NCBI GenBank assembly: GCA_951406725.2
Contig: OX597826.1
Span: 3,844,001 to 3,908,000 of the forward strand
Reading direction: 5' to 3'
Origin: Octopus vulgaris
Taxonomy: Eukaryota
DNA: 64,000 bases
A program made the translations under genes and the position numbers. Under the pieces are notes generated by a model. The model saw only the letters and a list, made by a program, of their open reading frames with translations. It was not told the DNA's origin and searched no databases. Below, piece after piece: positions 27,244 through 38,999 of this stretch; position 1 is the first letter of the stretch, and every line of letters begins with the position of its first letter.

Positions 27244-29464
27244 GGCACTCACGAAGGCCCATAATTGGAAATCCCCCGGTAAAGATAGGGTGCCGAATTT
27301 TTGGCTCGCATCGCTCCCATGCGCACACGGTAAGCTAGTTCAGCTGCTCAATGGAATTATGAGAGACCCAAAGAAAACACCTGAATGGTTAGCAAGTGGC
27401 ATTACTTACCTACTCCCAAAGAATAACGAAACCAACCTTCCAAAAAACTATCGGCCTATAACCTGTCTATCCACCACGTATAAAATCCTAACATCTATCC
27501 TGGCGGAGAAAACATATGCATTCATGGAGAAGAACGATATTTTCCCCTTTGAACAAAAAGGGTGCAAAGATCAACTGCTAATCAATCGTATGATCCTTGA
27601 GAACTGTCACAACAAGCGCAGAAATCTCAGCACCGCATGGATTGACTACGAAAAGGCCTTCGACAGTATACCGCATCCATGGATCTTGAGATCGCTGGAC
27701 ATCTTCAAAATTTCCCCTGTGATTTCAAACTTCCTGAAGCACAATATGTCGTTGTGGAATACGAATCTCCAATTATACAACTGTGGAATTTTCCAAGGTG
27801 ACTCACTTTCACCTTTAATATTCTGCATAGACCTAATAACCCTTACAAGTGAATTAAACAGAACAGGGTATGGGTATAAAATTGCCAATAAAAAAATAAG
27901 CCATCTATTTTATATGGATGACTTAAAACTTTATGGTAAAGACAATAATGAACTTGAAGGCCTATTGCGCACCGTGAAAGCATTCAGCGATGACATCGGG
28001 ATGGAGTTTGGACTTGAGAAGTGTGCCAAGGCCACTTTCCAGAAAGGGAAAGTGAAGACCACAAATTCAGTCGTGTTAGATGTTGACACAGTCATAAGAG
28101 AGCTTGAGCAAGAACAAACATACAAATATTTAGGGATAAATGAAGGCTCTGGTATTCAGCATGCAAGCATGAAAGAGAAAATCAGGAAGGAATGTTATAG
28201 GAGAGTTCGTGCAGTCCTGAAATCTGAACTAAATGCACGTAACAAGGTGTTAGCTATAAATTCCTTAGCAGTTCCAGTTGTTACTTATAGTTACAATGTG
28301 TTGAACTGGAATATGAGTGAAGTAAAGAATATAGATAGAAAAATACGCAAGCTGCTGAGTTGTAATAGGATGCACCACCCACAGGCAGACGTAGATCGCC
28401 TTTACCTTCCCAGAGCCCAAGAAGGTCGAGGCCTGATCCAATTTGAACTAGCTTACAAAACAACCACAATTGGACTGGCCAAATATCTCGAAATATCGAA
28501 TGACTGGATGCTAAAGCTCGTGGAAAATCACGAGAGACGAAAGAAGCTTCATTCTATCATCAAGGAAAGCAAAAAATTTGCTATTGATCTCGTGCAGGAT
28601 ACCCAAACTGAACAACCCGAGGGAAGTACGGCATCTATTGTTGCAAAGAAGGTGAAAATGATGGCAACGAAAAAAGCGCACGAGCAATTGGTTGATAGGT
28701 GGGAGGAGAAACCTCTGCACGGCAAATATGTGACCCGCAGCAAACAAGCTGATGTTGACCAGAAGCAAACCCATCAGTGGCTACGGAGCTCAGGGCTAAA
28801 AGTAGAGAGCGAAGGTTTCATCCTGGCTGCTCAAGATCAAAGCCTATTAACCCGGAACTACCAGGCCAATGTGATGAAAAATGGAGCAGACCCAAAATGC
28901 CGATTCTGCAACGACATGATTGAAACAGTGGACCACCTAATCTCTGGATGTAAAGTCTTAGCACCAGTGGAGTATAAATTAAGACATGACAGAGTTGGCC
29001 AATATCTCCACTGGCTAATAAGTCGGCATTACAATATCAAAACTGCCGACAAGTGGTATAATCACCACCCTGAGGCTGTAACTGAAGGAGAAAATGTAAC
29101 CATTCTGTGGGACTTTCCAGTACATACAGACCGAACCATCAAGGCCAATAAACCAGATATTGTTGTGAAAGACCAAAACAATAAAGTTTGCTTATTGATC
29201 GACATGAGCATCCCCTGTGATCATAATATCTCAGCGAAAGAGTTTGACAAGCTCAGAAAATATAAAGGTCTACTCATTGAAATTGAGAAAATGTGGCATC
29301 TCAAGGCGGTTACAATACCAGTGATCGTAGGAGCACTAGGAATGATCAAGAAGGGAACCGAAAATTATATGAGAATGATCCCTGGCTTACCATCCCTGCA
29401 AGAAGTGCAAAAGATTGTCTTAACTGGTACATCACACGTATTGAGAAGAGCATTGTCGATGTGA
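27244..29464 (+). CDS. Reverse transcriptase with CCHC zinc knuckle and restriction-like (PD-D/ExK) endonuclease, N-terminally truncated
   Basis: Part of ORF 27080..29464: KSPGKD (domain 0), NYRPITCL, WIDYEKAFDSIPH, GIFQGDSLSP, FYMDD, YKYLG, CRFC..ETVDHLISGC, RHD, KPDIVV..LIDMSIP..KY..L. The upstream part of the ORF is chance read-through of flanking DNA and (AAT)n. Confidence 0.93.
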
Positions 29465-29642
29465 GAACTGTTGCTGCTCATGTATTTTAATTTAACTTAA
29501 AAAAAAAAAAAAAATAAAAAAATAAACGAACTACTGAGTTTGGTTTAATGGCCTACCAATGTATACTATGAGTTTCTTTGCCCTAGGAGTCGGGAAGACA
29601 CTCGGCAAGAAATGGAAGCAAATTTGAAAGAAGAAAAAAAAA
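27244..29642 (+). mobile_element. 5'-truncated R4/Dong-clade non-LTR retrotransposon inserted in (TAA)n
   Basis: RT plus CCHC knuckle plus RLE ORF, then a ~180-bp 3' UTR ending in an A-rich run. Flanked by (TAA)n at 27172-27243 and ~29644-29743, the known target of Dong elements. Confidence 0.88.
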
Positions 29643-29675
29643 GTAATAATAATAATGATAATAATAATAATAATG

Positions 29676-29744
<69 letters not shown>

Positions 29745-30110
29745 TAAACAATTGCAAAAACAACAATGGCGACAATGATAACAGCAATAAGAATGCTAGC
29801 GCTATTAACGCTGAGATATGATGTAATCAACATTGAGGAAGCAAGAATTTTCCAGTATATTGTGGAAATCATGTTAGTTGGAACGTAATCAGTTTGCACA
29901 GTCTGCATATAACATTTTTTTTTATTATGGAGTGGTTCACCGTCGTTTTCGATGATGAGCATTCTTGAATTAATATCCATACATTCAATTTCAATTCTGG
30001 TGTATCGAAGCAATTCTGAATTTTGATTACGTTCAAGCAATTATTTTATCTCGTAAATTAAAGTATCTCATGTTATTTGGAATTAAAGTTAGGAAAATTT
30101 GGGTAATTTT

Positions 30111-30158
30111 AGCCAATCAACAGACAGCGTGGCATTAGCATCTTGTTACCATGACAAC
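30111..30158. promoter_or_regulatory. Possible CCAAT (NF-Y) box + RFX X-box pair
   Basis: agCCAATca at 30111-30119 and GTTACCATGACAAC at 30145-30158, which matches the X-box consensus GTHNYY-AT-RRNAAC. No linked gene identified. Confidence 0.35.
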
Positions 30159-31344
30159 CGCACGTTGTTTTGTTTGATTCTTCACACCACGAGATTTACT
30201 TCACCCGCGTGTTTTGTATTTCTATAAACTTATATTTATTAATTGGAATTTTATTGTAGATATTTTTCGTCAATTGTCTTAAAATTTTACATATTTTTAA
30301 AAATATATTTTACATATATTTTTCATATATATTTTACATATATTGCGTGAAGTTTTTCTGTGTTTACATTAGTTGCAACGAATGCCTTCCCGTTTAAAGC
30401 CAGGTTAGGCCAGATTGGGCCATTCTGCATTTTTATTAAGTGTGTGTGTGTGTGTGTGTGTGAGTGTATGTGTATACACACACATACATTCATTCATACA
30501 CACATACATATCTACTCTAATACATACATACATGCACACATACATATCTACACAAATACATACATACATATGTGTGTGTGTGTGTGTGTGTGTGTTTGTG
30601 TGTGTATCCCTTGAGAGAGAGGGAGAGAGACAGACAGAGAGAAGAAAGAAAAAAGACGAATCAACTCCTGTAGATATTGGACTGCAGTTTTACTTATTGG
30701 CCGTGAAAAGTTTAAAAGGTAAAGTTGAACTCGGTGCATCTTGAACGCAGAGCGCAGTCAGCCGTAACCAAATCTACAATTTATTCTGATTCCTAAATGA
30801 TTTTAGCAATTTGATGCCTTTCTACTACAAACACGAACCCCAGCATTTGTTGATACCGAGAGACGAAGACAACAGGTGGCTAAATCAACATTATTTATCT
30901 GTTATTATATATTCCTTAATCACATTTCGAGGATCTCTGATCATAAAGAGACCTAACTCTATACTACAAAGAATTTGTCCTTCTCCCAATCTATTTTACC
31001 ACTCAACCGCTGGTGCATATTCTTACAAATAACAATGGAAGAAAACATTCTATCTCGAGCATATAATATAATTTACACCGCGTGAGAGGTTTGAATTCTA
31101 TTGCGCGAGCTGCTGAAGTAATAACGCACCGACAAAGGAAGTTTATGTGTGGTCGCTCGACCTGTTACTAATAGACGCTACACACCATCCTGAAACCAAG
31201 CCTTATGCTCGTAAACAAGGAAACGTTGGACGAAATAGTGTTTCGTACATAAGCAGAAAACGGTATGGTTACGTCTTGAATTTCAAGCACTTCAGCATTG
31301 ATTAACACGTTGAGGCCTAAGCATTTTGTCTTTTCTTTAAACGG

Positions 31345-31710
31345 CATACACCCCGGGGGAGGGGGGTAAAACCGGTTCCTATGAGTTCGGCGCGTTCTTA
31401 GTTCATAGGAGTGTCAAGGGATGATCAGAGTTCGCGACAACATTTCCCGTCTTTATTCGTAAGCCGCCATACTTGACCGGTGGCAGGTCTGCCGAACGTT
31501 ATGCATTTTCACCGCAGGAGGCCCGAAGACATGATCTGACTCCATCAGGAAGCCACCGGATTCCGGAACAGACACCGCCTGGAATTAACAATTGCCCTCC
31601 TGTCAGTCGAGTTGCGGCCCTAGCACCGCCGGTGTCAGATCTGTCCGACTTAGGCGGCCCTACTAGGGACTCGAAGTCCTCGACGGCATAGCTCTGAAAT
31701 TCACTCCTTT
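31345..31710 (-). mobile_element. GC-rich segment resembling an RTE-type LINE 5' UTR
   Basis: Minus strand contains agagctatgccgtcgaggacttcgagtccctagtagggccgcctaagtcggacagatc, similar to the AGAGCTATGCCGGCGG...TAGGG...GGACAGGTC motif I associate with RTE 5' regions. Several hairpins are present. Confidence 0.4.
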
Positions 31711-32699
31711 AACTTTCCCATCTCAATGGAATCAGAGGTTGGATAAACAGCAGCATTCACAACAACAGTAACCACAGCAGACGCACCAGTAACACCACTA
31801 GCAACAGCAGCAGCAACTACACTAATGGCAACACACTCTATTCCTTATCTAATATCTGAACGTTTTCCATGAGAAACCAATTTGAAAACCTGGAATGTTC
31901 TAAAGCAAATGGATGAAACAAATGCATGTTTACAAACACTCAATACACCACAGAGAATTAATTAGCATGTGTTCAGAATCTATTGTGTGGAGGCGCGTGG
32001 CTTAGTGGTTAGGGTTTTGGATTCATGATCGTAAGATTGTAGTTTCGATTCCTGGGCTTTAAACCAAATGTTGAAGGCAATTGGTATATTACATTAGTAT
32101 TACCCTTTTCCTGCAAAACATATTATACTTAGTTCGTATAGATACATACAAATACACACGCGCACATACAAACAAGTGCACGCATACACAAACATGTATA
32201 TACACACACACGCACGCAGAGCCAAAAACTAAATTGTTCTCTCTTTTTTCTTTTTCTTTTTTTCTTCTCTTTAGTGGTTTCATTATGTAGGTTGCGAACG
32301 AAGTAATGTTATATCGGATAAACTTGTATCTTGACGTAAGATCATTTAAGATCTTAGAATCTGCGTTATATACAGTAGAATTTCAAGTGTTCTTTAGATT
32401 CTTTAAACGCTTTTATCCACGTGAAGTAGATTTCACATGTTTTCAGACATAACATCAAAAATCTGTTACCCTTTGAAACGTAATTCGTTGACGTGTGATT
32501 ACCTATGTTTACACGTAGAAGTTGTTCGGGAACTGACAAATTTCTCAATACCAAACACTGGTACCAGTCCCTCCAAATTCATTCTCATGTGTATGAGACT
32601 GAATATGCATTCATTTCTACAGGAATATATATGAGTGTGCCTACATATGCATGTATATATGGATATATATGTGTGTGTATGTATGCATGTGTATATAGT

Positions 32700-33120
32700 G
32701 CTTCACTTATCTTTCCTGGGTCTGCAGTTAGTGAAGCCGTTTTTACCAAACAGTGGCCCTATTTTATAGCGTACTGAGGCGGACTCCATTGTCAAGTGTA
32801 GAAGGCTTTAGGATTTCTTTATATATTTTTGACTGCCCAGGTTTCTCTTTCTTCACTTTCTTTTTCATGAGAGATTTTGAGTTTATTTTCTATCTCGGAA
32901 AGTTCCTATTTTCTATCTCGAAGACAAAATTTAGGTTTGATAGATTTTTCAGCGCCATCAGTGCGGGGCTTATCTTTAGCTTATCTTTAGAATTGTCACT
33001 TCTATTATTTAATGGTCTGAGAATATTGTTGGTGATATATTTACTTTGTGGATACATTTACGTTGTGTATAATTTCCAGGATATTTTTTGGCAATATTAT
33101 TTGCATGTGAAATATCGGGA
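32700..33120 (-). mobile_element. CR1/L2-like LINE ORF2 fragment
   Basis: Minus-strand peptides ENKLKISHEKESEE, ETWAVKNI, RNPKAFYT, SASVRYKIGPL and LTADPGKISEA fit the pre-RT NPKxF...IGPL segment of CR1-group elements. Confidence 0.6.
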
Positions 33121-33494
33121 AAAAAGAAGACATTTTTATTAATTCAGAATTCCCCCATAATTTTGGAACCTGACATCTGCAACGTATTCGCTATCGAATA
33201 TGACCATATTCTCCAATGCACGGATGTGTAATTTGAAAAAAACGTAACCGATCCCTAACAAAACAATAATAAATGCTGAAACTAGACGAATTCACTTCCA
33301 TCTCTGCGTAGAGAAAAGGCTTTGGTTACATCACCGAGTCCCTACCATGTCACAAAGAGGCTAAATGTTCCCACATCTCCCATGCATTTCCCTTTCTCAC
33401 ACTCCATGTGTCTGACGTCTTTTACACAAGCACATGTGTATATACGTATGTGTGTGTATGGGTATGTGTGTGTATATATATATACATAGTTACT

Positions 33495-33690
33495 CCAAAC
33501 ATGAACAAAGGGAAAACACAACAACGCGAGGACGTGGAACAAGTATTGTGTTATTGGGTGCTCAGGAAAGGAAAGAAAGAAGGAGAATCTAACGTTTCGA
33601 GCGGAGCTCTTCGTCAGAAACATCGAAAACGGAAAGTTTCAAGGAAGGGAAGACGGAGAAGGAAAATCGCCAACGACACACATGTGGTCA
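33495..33690 (-). mobile_element. PLE terminal-repeat remnant, family P1 copy 2, intact CUGACGA hammerhead core
   Basis: Minus strand ~33587-33621: gttt-CTGACGA-a-gagc-tcc-gctc-GAAA-cg-TT-agat. Confidence 0.72.
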
Positions 33691-33739
33691 TATATGTATA
33701 TATATATGCGCGTATATATATAGACATAATGTGCAATTC

Positions 33740-33776
<37 letters not shown>

Positions 33777-34212
33777 TATATATATATATATATTTGTGTG
33801 TTTCTGTGTGTATATACGTATTGTATAAGTATTGTATACATATCAGGTATATAGTTATATGTATATGTGATGAATGCTGCACAGTCAAAAATTCGGAGCA
33901 ATTGTTAATTTCTTTTCCTTGTAAACACTGAATAAATAGTTTGCGCTGGTGAAAATGATTGACCAATTGTGTAGTTCAATGTCTAATAGATTTTATACAT
34001 AAAAATCTATGAAATCATATGAGTATATGTGTGTCTCTGTGCCTGTGTACACAAAATATGCACACACACACACACATATATATATGTGTGTGGGTGTGTG
34101 TGTGTGTCTGTGAAGTATGTATGTATATAGAATATATATTTATATATTAGATTTTATGTAAATATATACATACACATATATATATATATTTATATATACA
34201 TACATTTATGTA

Positions 34213-34269
<57 letters not shown>

Positions 34270-34602
34270 ATATGTATATATGTACATATGTATATATGTA
34301 TATATGTATGTATATATATATATGATAATGTGAGACTGACAGAGGGAGAGAGAGAGAGAGAGCGAGAGAGAGAGAGAGAAGGACAGTCGGTTATGAAGGA
34401 TCAGTTTCAGATTGTTTTGAAAATTTTAGCTGCTTGAGTTTAGCATCTATTAATGTTGAAGGTTTTGAATTGCAAAGGAAACAATACTTAAAATACTAAA
34501 AATAAAGTAATACATAAAACAAATACAATTAAATGGCGTCAGAAGGGACACACTGGCGCACTGACTCACAAACACACGAATATACATATATACAACCACA
34601 CA

Positions 34603-34672
<70 letters not shown>

Positions 34673-34712
34673 TAATATATATACATATAAATATATAAGC
34701 ATAAATATACAA

Positions 34713-34788
<76 letters not shown>

Positions 34789-34843
34789 TCAGTCGCACAC
34801 GCAATCTGTATATATACAAATTTATTTATTTATACGCACACAC

Positions 34844-34892
<49 letters not shown>

Positions 34893-34898
34893 CAGACA

Positions 34899-34937
<39 letters not shown>

Positions 34938-34953
34938 ATATGTATATGTTTCA

Positions 34954-34987
<34 letters not shown>

Positions 34988-35729
34988 TGTGTGTGTGTGT
35001 GTGTATACTTGCTATTGTTTATTTTTCCGCTCCTAATTTCATCTGTTCCAGCCCTTTCCACTCACCACTTATTCTCCCTCGTGGGACAATAACCGATGAC
35101 GACAATAAGTGGTGTAGTTAAATCTAATTTACTATCATGACACACAACCATCTCTTCAAACACCATCAACAATACCGCAATCAGCACCACCATTATTATT
35201 TCCATCTACTCCTCCGCCGCCACAATCCCCGGTACACCTGATATATTTCTTCCATCTTTTACTAGACCTTATATGTTGTTTTTCAAATTTTCTTAAACCA
35301 CACTTTTTGTAATAATATCAGTTAATTTATCTCCAGACATTTTTTAGACTTTAATGAAGCCTCGATTACAACGAGGTAAAAGCAATGTGGTCATTCACCC
35401 TGCTGCTTATGGTAACGAAACCTTATTCATTGAACACCCTGTACGTATATATATATATAAATAAAGGGCAACCACATAATGCGTCATTTATGCCAATCTG
35501 CATGTTACAGCTTGCTGGAACTAATGAACTTTCTGCCCCGAAACTCAGTATACGACCACGTCGCTGGTCAATGCTTTCTTTCAGTATTTATCTCGTACGC
35601 AAGCTAGTCCTGTAGTTTTGAGAATTGTTTGTGTTGCCTCAGCGCCCTACGAGCTGAAATAGTTAACGCAACGCTTCTTGTCTGGCAATGATAATTTCAC
35701 CAGGTTTTCACTAAAGACTCTTTTATACT

Positions 35730-36105
35730 TTTACTTGTTTCAGTCATTTGACTGTGGCCATGCTAGAGCACCGCCTTTAGCCGAGCAAATCGACACCAGG
35801 ACTTATTCTTTGTAAGCCTCGTACTTATTCTATCGGAATTCTTTTGCCGAACCGTTAAGTTACGGGGACGTAAACACACAAGCTTCGGTTGTTAGCGGGG
35901 GTGGGGGCAAAAACAAACACACAAACATATACACACACGTACATATATATATGTATACATATATACGATGGGATTCTTTTAGTTTCTGTCTACCAAATCC
36001 ACTCACAAGGCTTTGGTCGGTATGAGGCTATAGTAGAATTCACTTGTCCAAGGTGCCACGCAATGGGATTGAACCCGGAACCATGTGGTTCGAAGCCACT
36101 CCTAC
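35730..36105 (-). mobile_element. SINE family A
   Basis: Near-full-length homology to 8935-9310 and 43635-44025. Confidence 0.88.
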
Positions 36106-36427
36106 GCCTAAAAGACTGATAACTTTTATTGCCTATGGAGGATCAAATGTAAAGTTACCCACGATGATTACAGAGGGCAGACAGCGTTTCAAATTTATAC
36201 GACAATACCAGTATTATATGTCCGATTAAAAGAAATGACAGTCCTTTTTTATAGTATACGTTTATAGTTGGAATATATTTGAACATACATTGCACAATCA
36301 GGTGTGACCAAAACGTAGTCAATGGAAGCAAAAATAATAACAACAACGGCCATTGTTTGACCCCAGTGTGATAAAATATTGGTAGTTTTTAGAAGAGTGA
36401 TAAAATATTGTTTAGTTTTTCGTATGC

Positions 36428-36680
36428 AAGCCGGCCGTGCTCGCTTTGAGCACTCTAATCTTTTGCCAGTGAGCGGACCGGCCGCCTCGGATACTTGGCG
36501 AAGAGCACCCTCGGAGGAACCGTGTGGGTCGAAATGTCCGGGAAGTAGACGTGCTACCGCAACGCGAACGGCGACGCCTGTCTACGTTTATTTAGAGCGG
36601 GGAGTGCGATCGGACGACCGATGTGGACACGCGAGAAGCGCACTCGCGACGGTGCCGCCGCCCCGAACGTGCTGGGGAAC
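36428..36680 (-). pseudogene. Isolated 18S rDNA fragment (V4 region)
   Basis: The reverse complement of 36443-36459 is ATTAGAGTGCTCAAAGC, a conserved 18S motif at the 3' side of V4. It is preceded by ggtgctcttcgccaagtatccgaggcggccggtcc (helix E23-like) and a GC/CpG-rich expansion, in AT-rich surroundings. Confidence 0.65.
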
Positions 36681-37821
36681 ATAGGTGACAGTGTTAAACA
36701 AATTTTGGTTATGCATTCTCTAATAATTTCTAACTCCGGATAGAAATCCCCAGTTGTATAATCTGGTGTAATCTGTAGATTTGATTAGTACATAGTCTCT
36801 ACAAGGAATGTCAAGGTTGACTATGATTGTATTTAATTAATTTTTTTAGGTCTTTTACTGACAATGAAAGCCAGTAGCCTTGTCCTTACTCAGCACCTAA
36901 CTAGGCTGAAGGGACCGAATGCTTGCAATAGTGTGGACTCCATTGAAAGTACCCGATAGCCAGCTGATAGAGTTTAAGTGGGGATGACTTAAGTTAATAT
37001 CTACCCCACAAAATGTAGTCAATATTAGTAGCAAAACGATAATTTTAACTCAGAGTTTGCCAACATGGAAACTTAGGATGTCAGCCAAATGTCCGTCTTA
37101 AATGTGTTAAAGGAAGTAAGAGAACTGTTAGCATTTAAATTGTTGCTGTTTTAGTTTAGTTCCATGTTAGTCCTTGATCGAGCCGACCTTTGATCTAATC
37201 ATTCCATCCATGACTCTTCCACACTTTTACTTGTTACTGGTAAGTATGACGACAACAAGCAGTATGTCCTTTTCCATACGTGAAGTTTCAATGGAATTAG
37301 GCTACCATATCAGTTTTATTGCCCGTTTAGAGGTTCCTTCATTATCTAGGCTATAAATTTGCTAAATGTAGTTCCTTCACTTAAAAATATCGTCTTAAAA
37401 TTTGGAAGCATACACTGGGATCTGAGTTTCTCAAAACACTATTGGTTCCGTTTGTATACAAAGTTAAATGTTACCGATACTCATTACATTGGCATTTAAA
37501 AAATACTGGCATATTTTACATGGATATCTCAAAAGCAAAACTAATTTTAAAGAGGAAGAGACACTTTGGATGAAAAAATTGAAGAAGAGGTTGCAGATGT
37601 GTGACGAAAGATTTCCAGATAATAGATATAATATAAAATACGAACAATAATGAACGAGTAAAGAACGAATATATAGTGCGTGTGTTTATTTAGCAAGAAT
37701 GAAAGAGGAAAAATGACTATCCTGAAATATAACAATATCTGTTTCAACTCACGATTTCACATCGGAATCTTGCTAAACAAATCTCTTATGATAACATAAA
37801 ACGATAAACGTCACCCTTTTC

Positions 37822-38109
37822 AAGCCTAGCCAGGCTCGTGGGCCCCGTTTCTTGGTTTCTGTGGCGTATGTGTTCCCCCCAGCTGGATGGGACGCCAGTC
37901 CATTGCAGCGCTACTCAAGAAACAGGAAGAGAGAGAGTGAGAGAAGGTTGTGGCGAAAGAGTACAACAGGGGTCGCCACCACCTATTGCCGGAGCCTCGT
38001 GGAGCTTTTAGGTGTTTTCGCTCAATAAACACACACAACGCCTGGGAATTGAAACCACGATCCTCCGATCGCGAATCTGCTGCCTTAACCTCTGGGCCAT
38101 TGCGCCTCC
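37822..38109 (-). mobile_element. tRNA-derived SINE, family C variant
   Basis: Head and 5' body match 1178-1370. The 3' part differs and includes gcaatggactggcgtcccatccagctgggg. Confidence 0.8.
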
Positions 38110-38999
38110 TTATGATAGCATATCTAGCGTTTTAAATGAAGAGAAACTAAAATGTAGAACATGTAAACAACAACAATTTCAAGGACGAAAATGGCGAGAA
38201 AGATGTATACAACAATAACAATAAATAAACTATCTCCTCTATACCGGGCAACTTCAGCCTTCAAAATTGTTATCCTGGACGAACAAAATGACGGCGTCTA
38301 GAATTCTTTCTCACAAAAAGTCTGCTCGGTCCTGGTTGGTCTCTGATTGAATCCCACTACAACCACCATTACCAACAACAATATATAAATTAAACACTAG
38401 TTTCGAGTTTGTGTCGATGCAATCTATTACACCTTTTTTGACAACTTTGAAGTCAGCTTGTGTTACAGTGAGGAATCAATACTGAAACAGTAGTAGATGA
38501 GACTATTAAAGTATTTAGAAAATGTTGTGAACATGAAATTTTTAATCAAACAATTGAAGCACAGACATACTGGCACCAGTCCAAATAACAGAGTAAAAAC
38601 ATAACGCTTGTGACATGGTCATTGTTATAGAATACGAGAATAGTTTTTAGCTTTTAACTGGCGAGAAACCTGTAAGCGATCGCTCCTCCTGAAAGAAATA
38701 GCAACCAAGTCTTCTACGCATAAATATATATTCGTTTCTTAAAACAAAGGAGCCATTCGATAATCGGGATACAGTCAAGCGAACCTAAATTATTTTAAAG
38801 CGTGAAATGGGCTGGTTTACTTGAACATTGTAAACCTGGAGACAAACAAGACCATAAACAATCAGTATCCATCAGTTCATCTGGCTTGCTAAAATAGAAG
38901 TCATATGTGCTTCAAATTTCGTCGTAGTCTTAACAAAAAAAAACTTGGTTAGATGATGTGTTCCGAGATCTGTTGTTAGCAATAGCGTCAAAACGAAGG

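Noticed and set aside
29800-30040. Non-repetitive part of ORF 29531..30040 next to the X-box
   Set aside because: Non-ATG start, no recognisable domain, and it runs into the (TTA)n tract.
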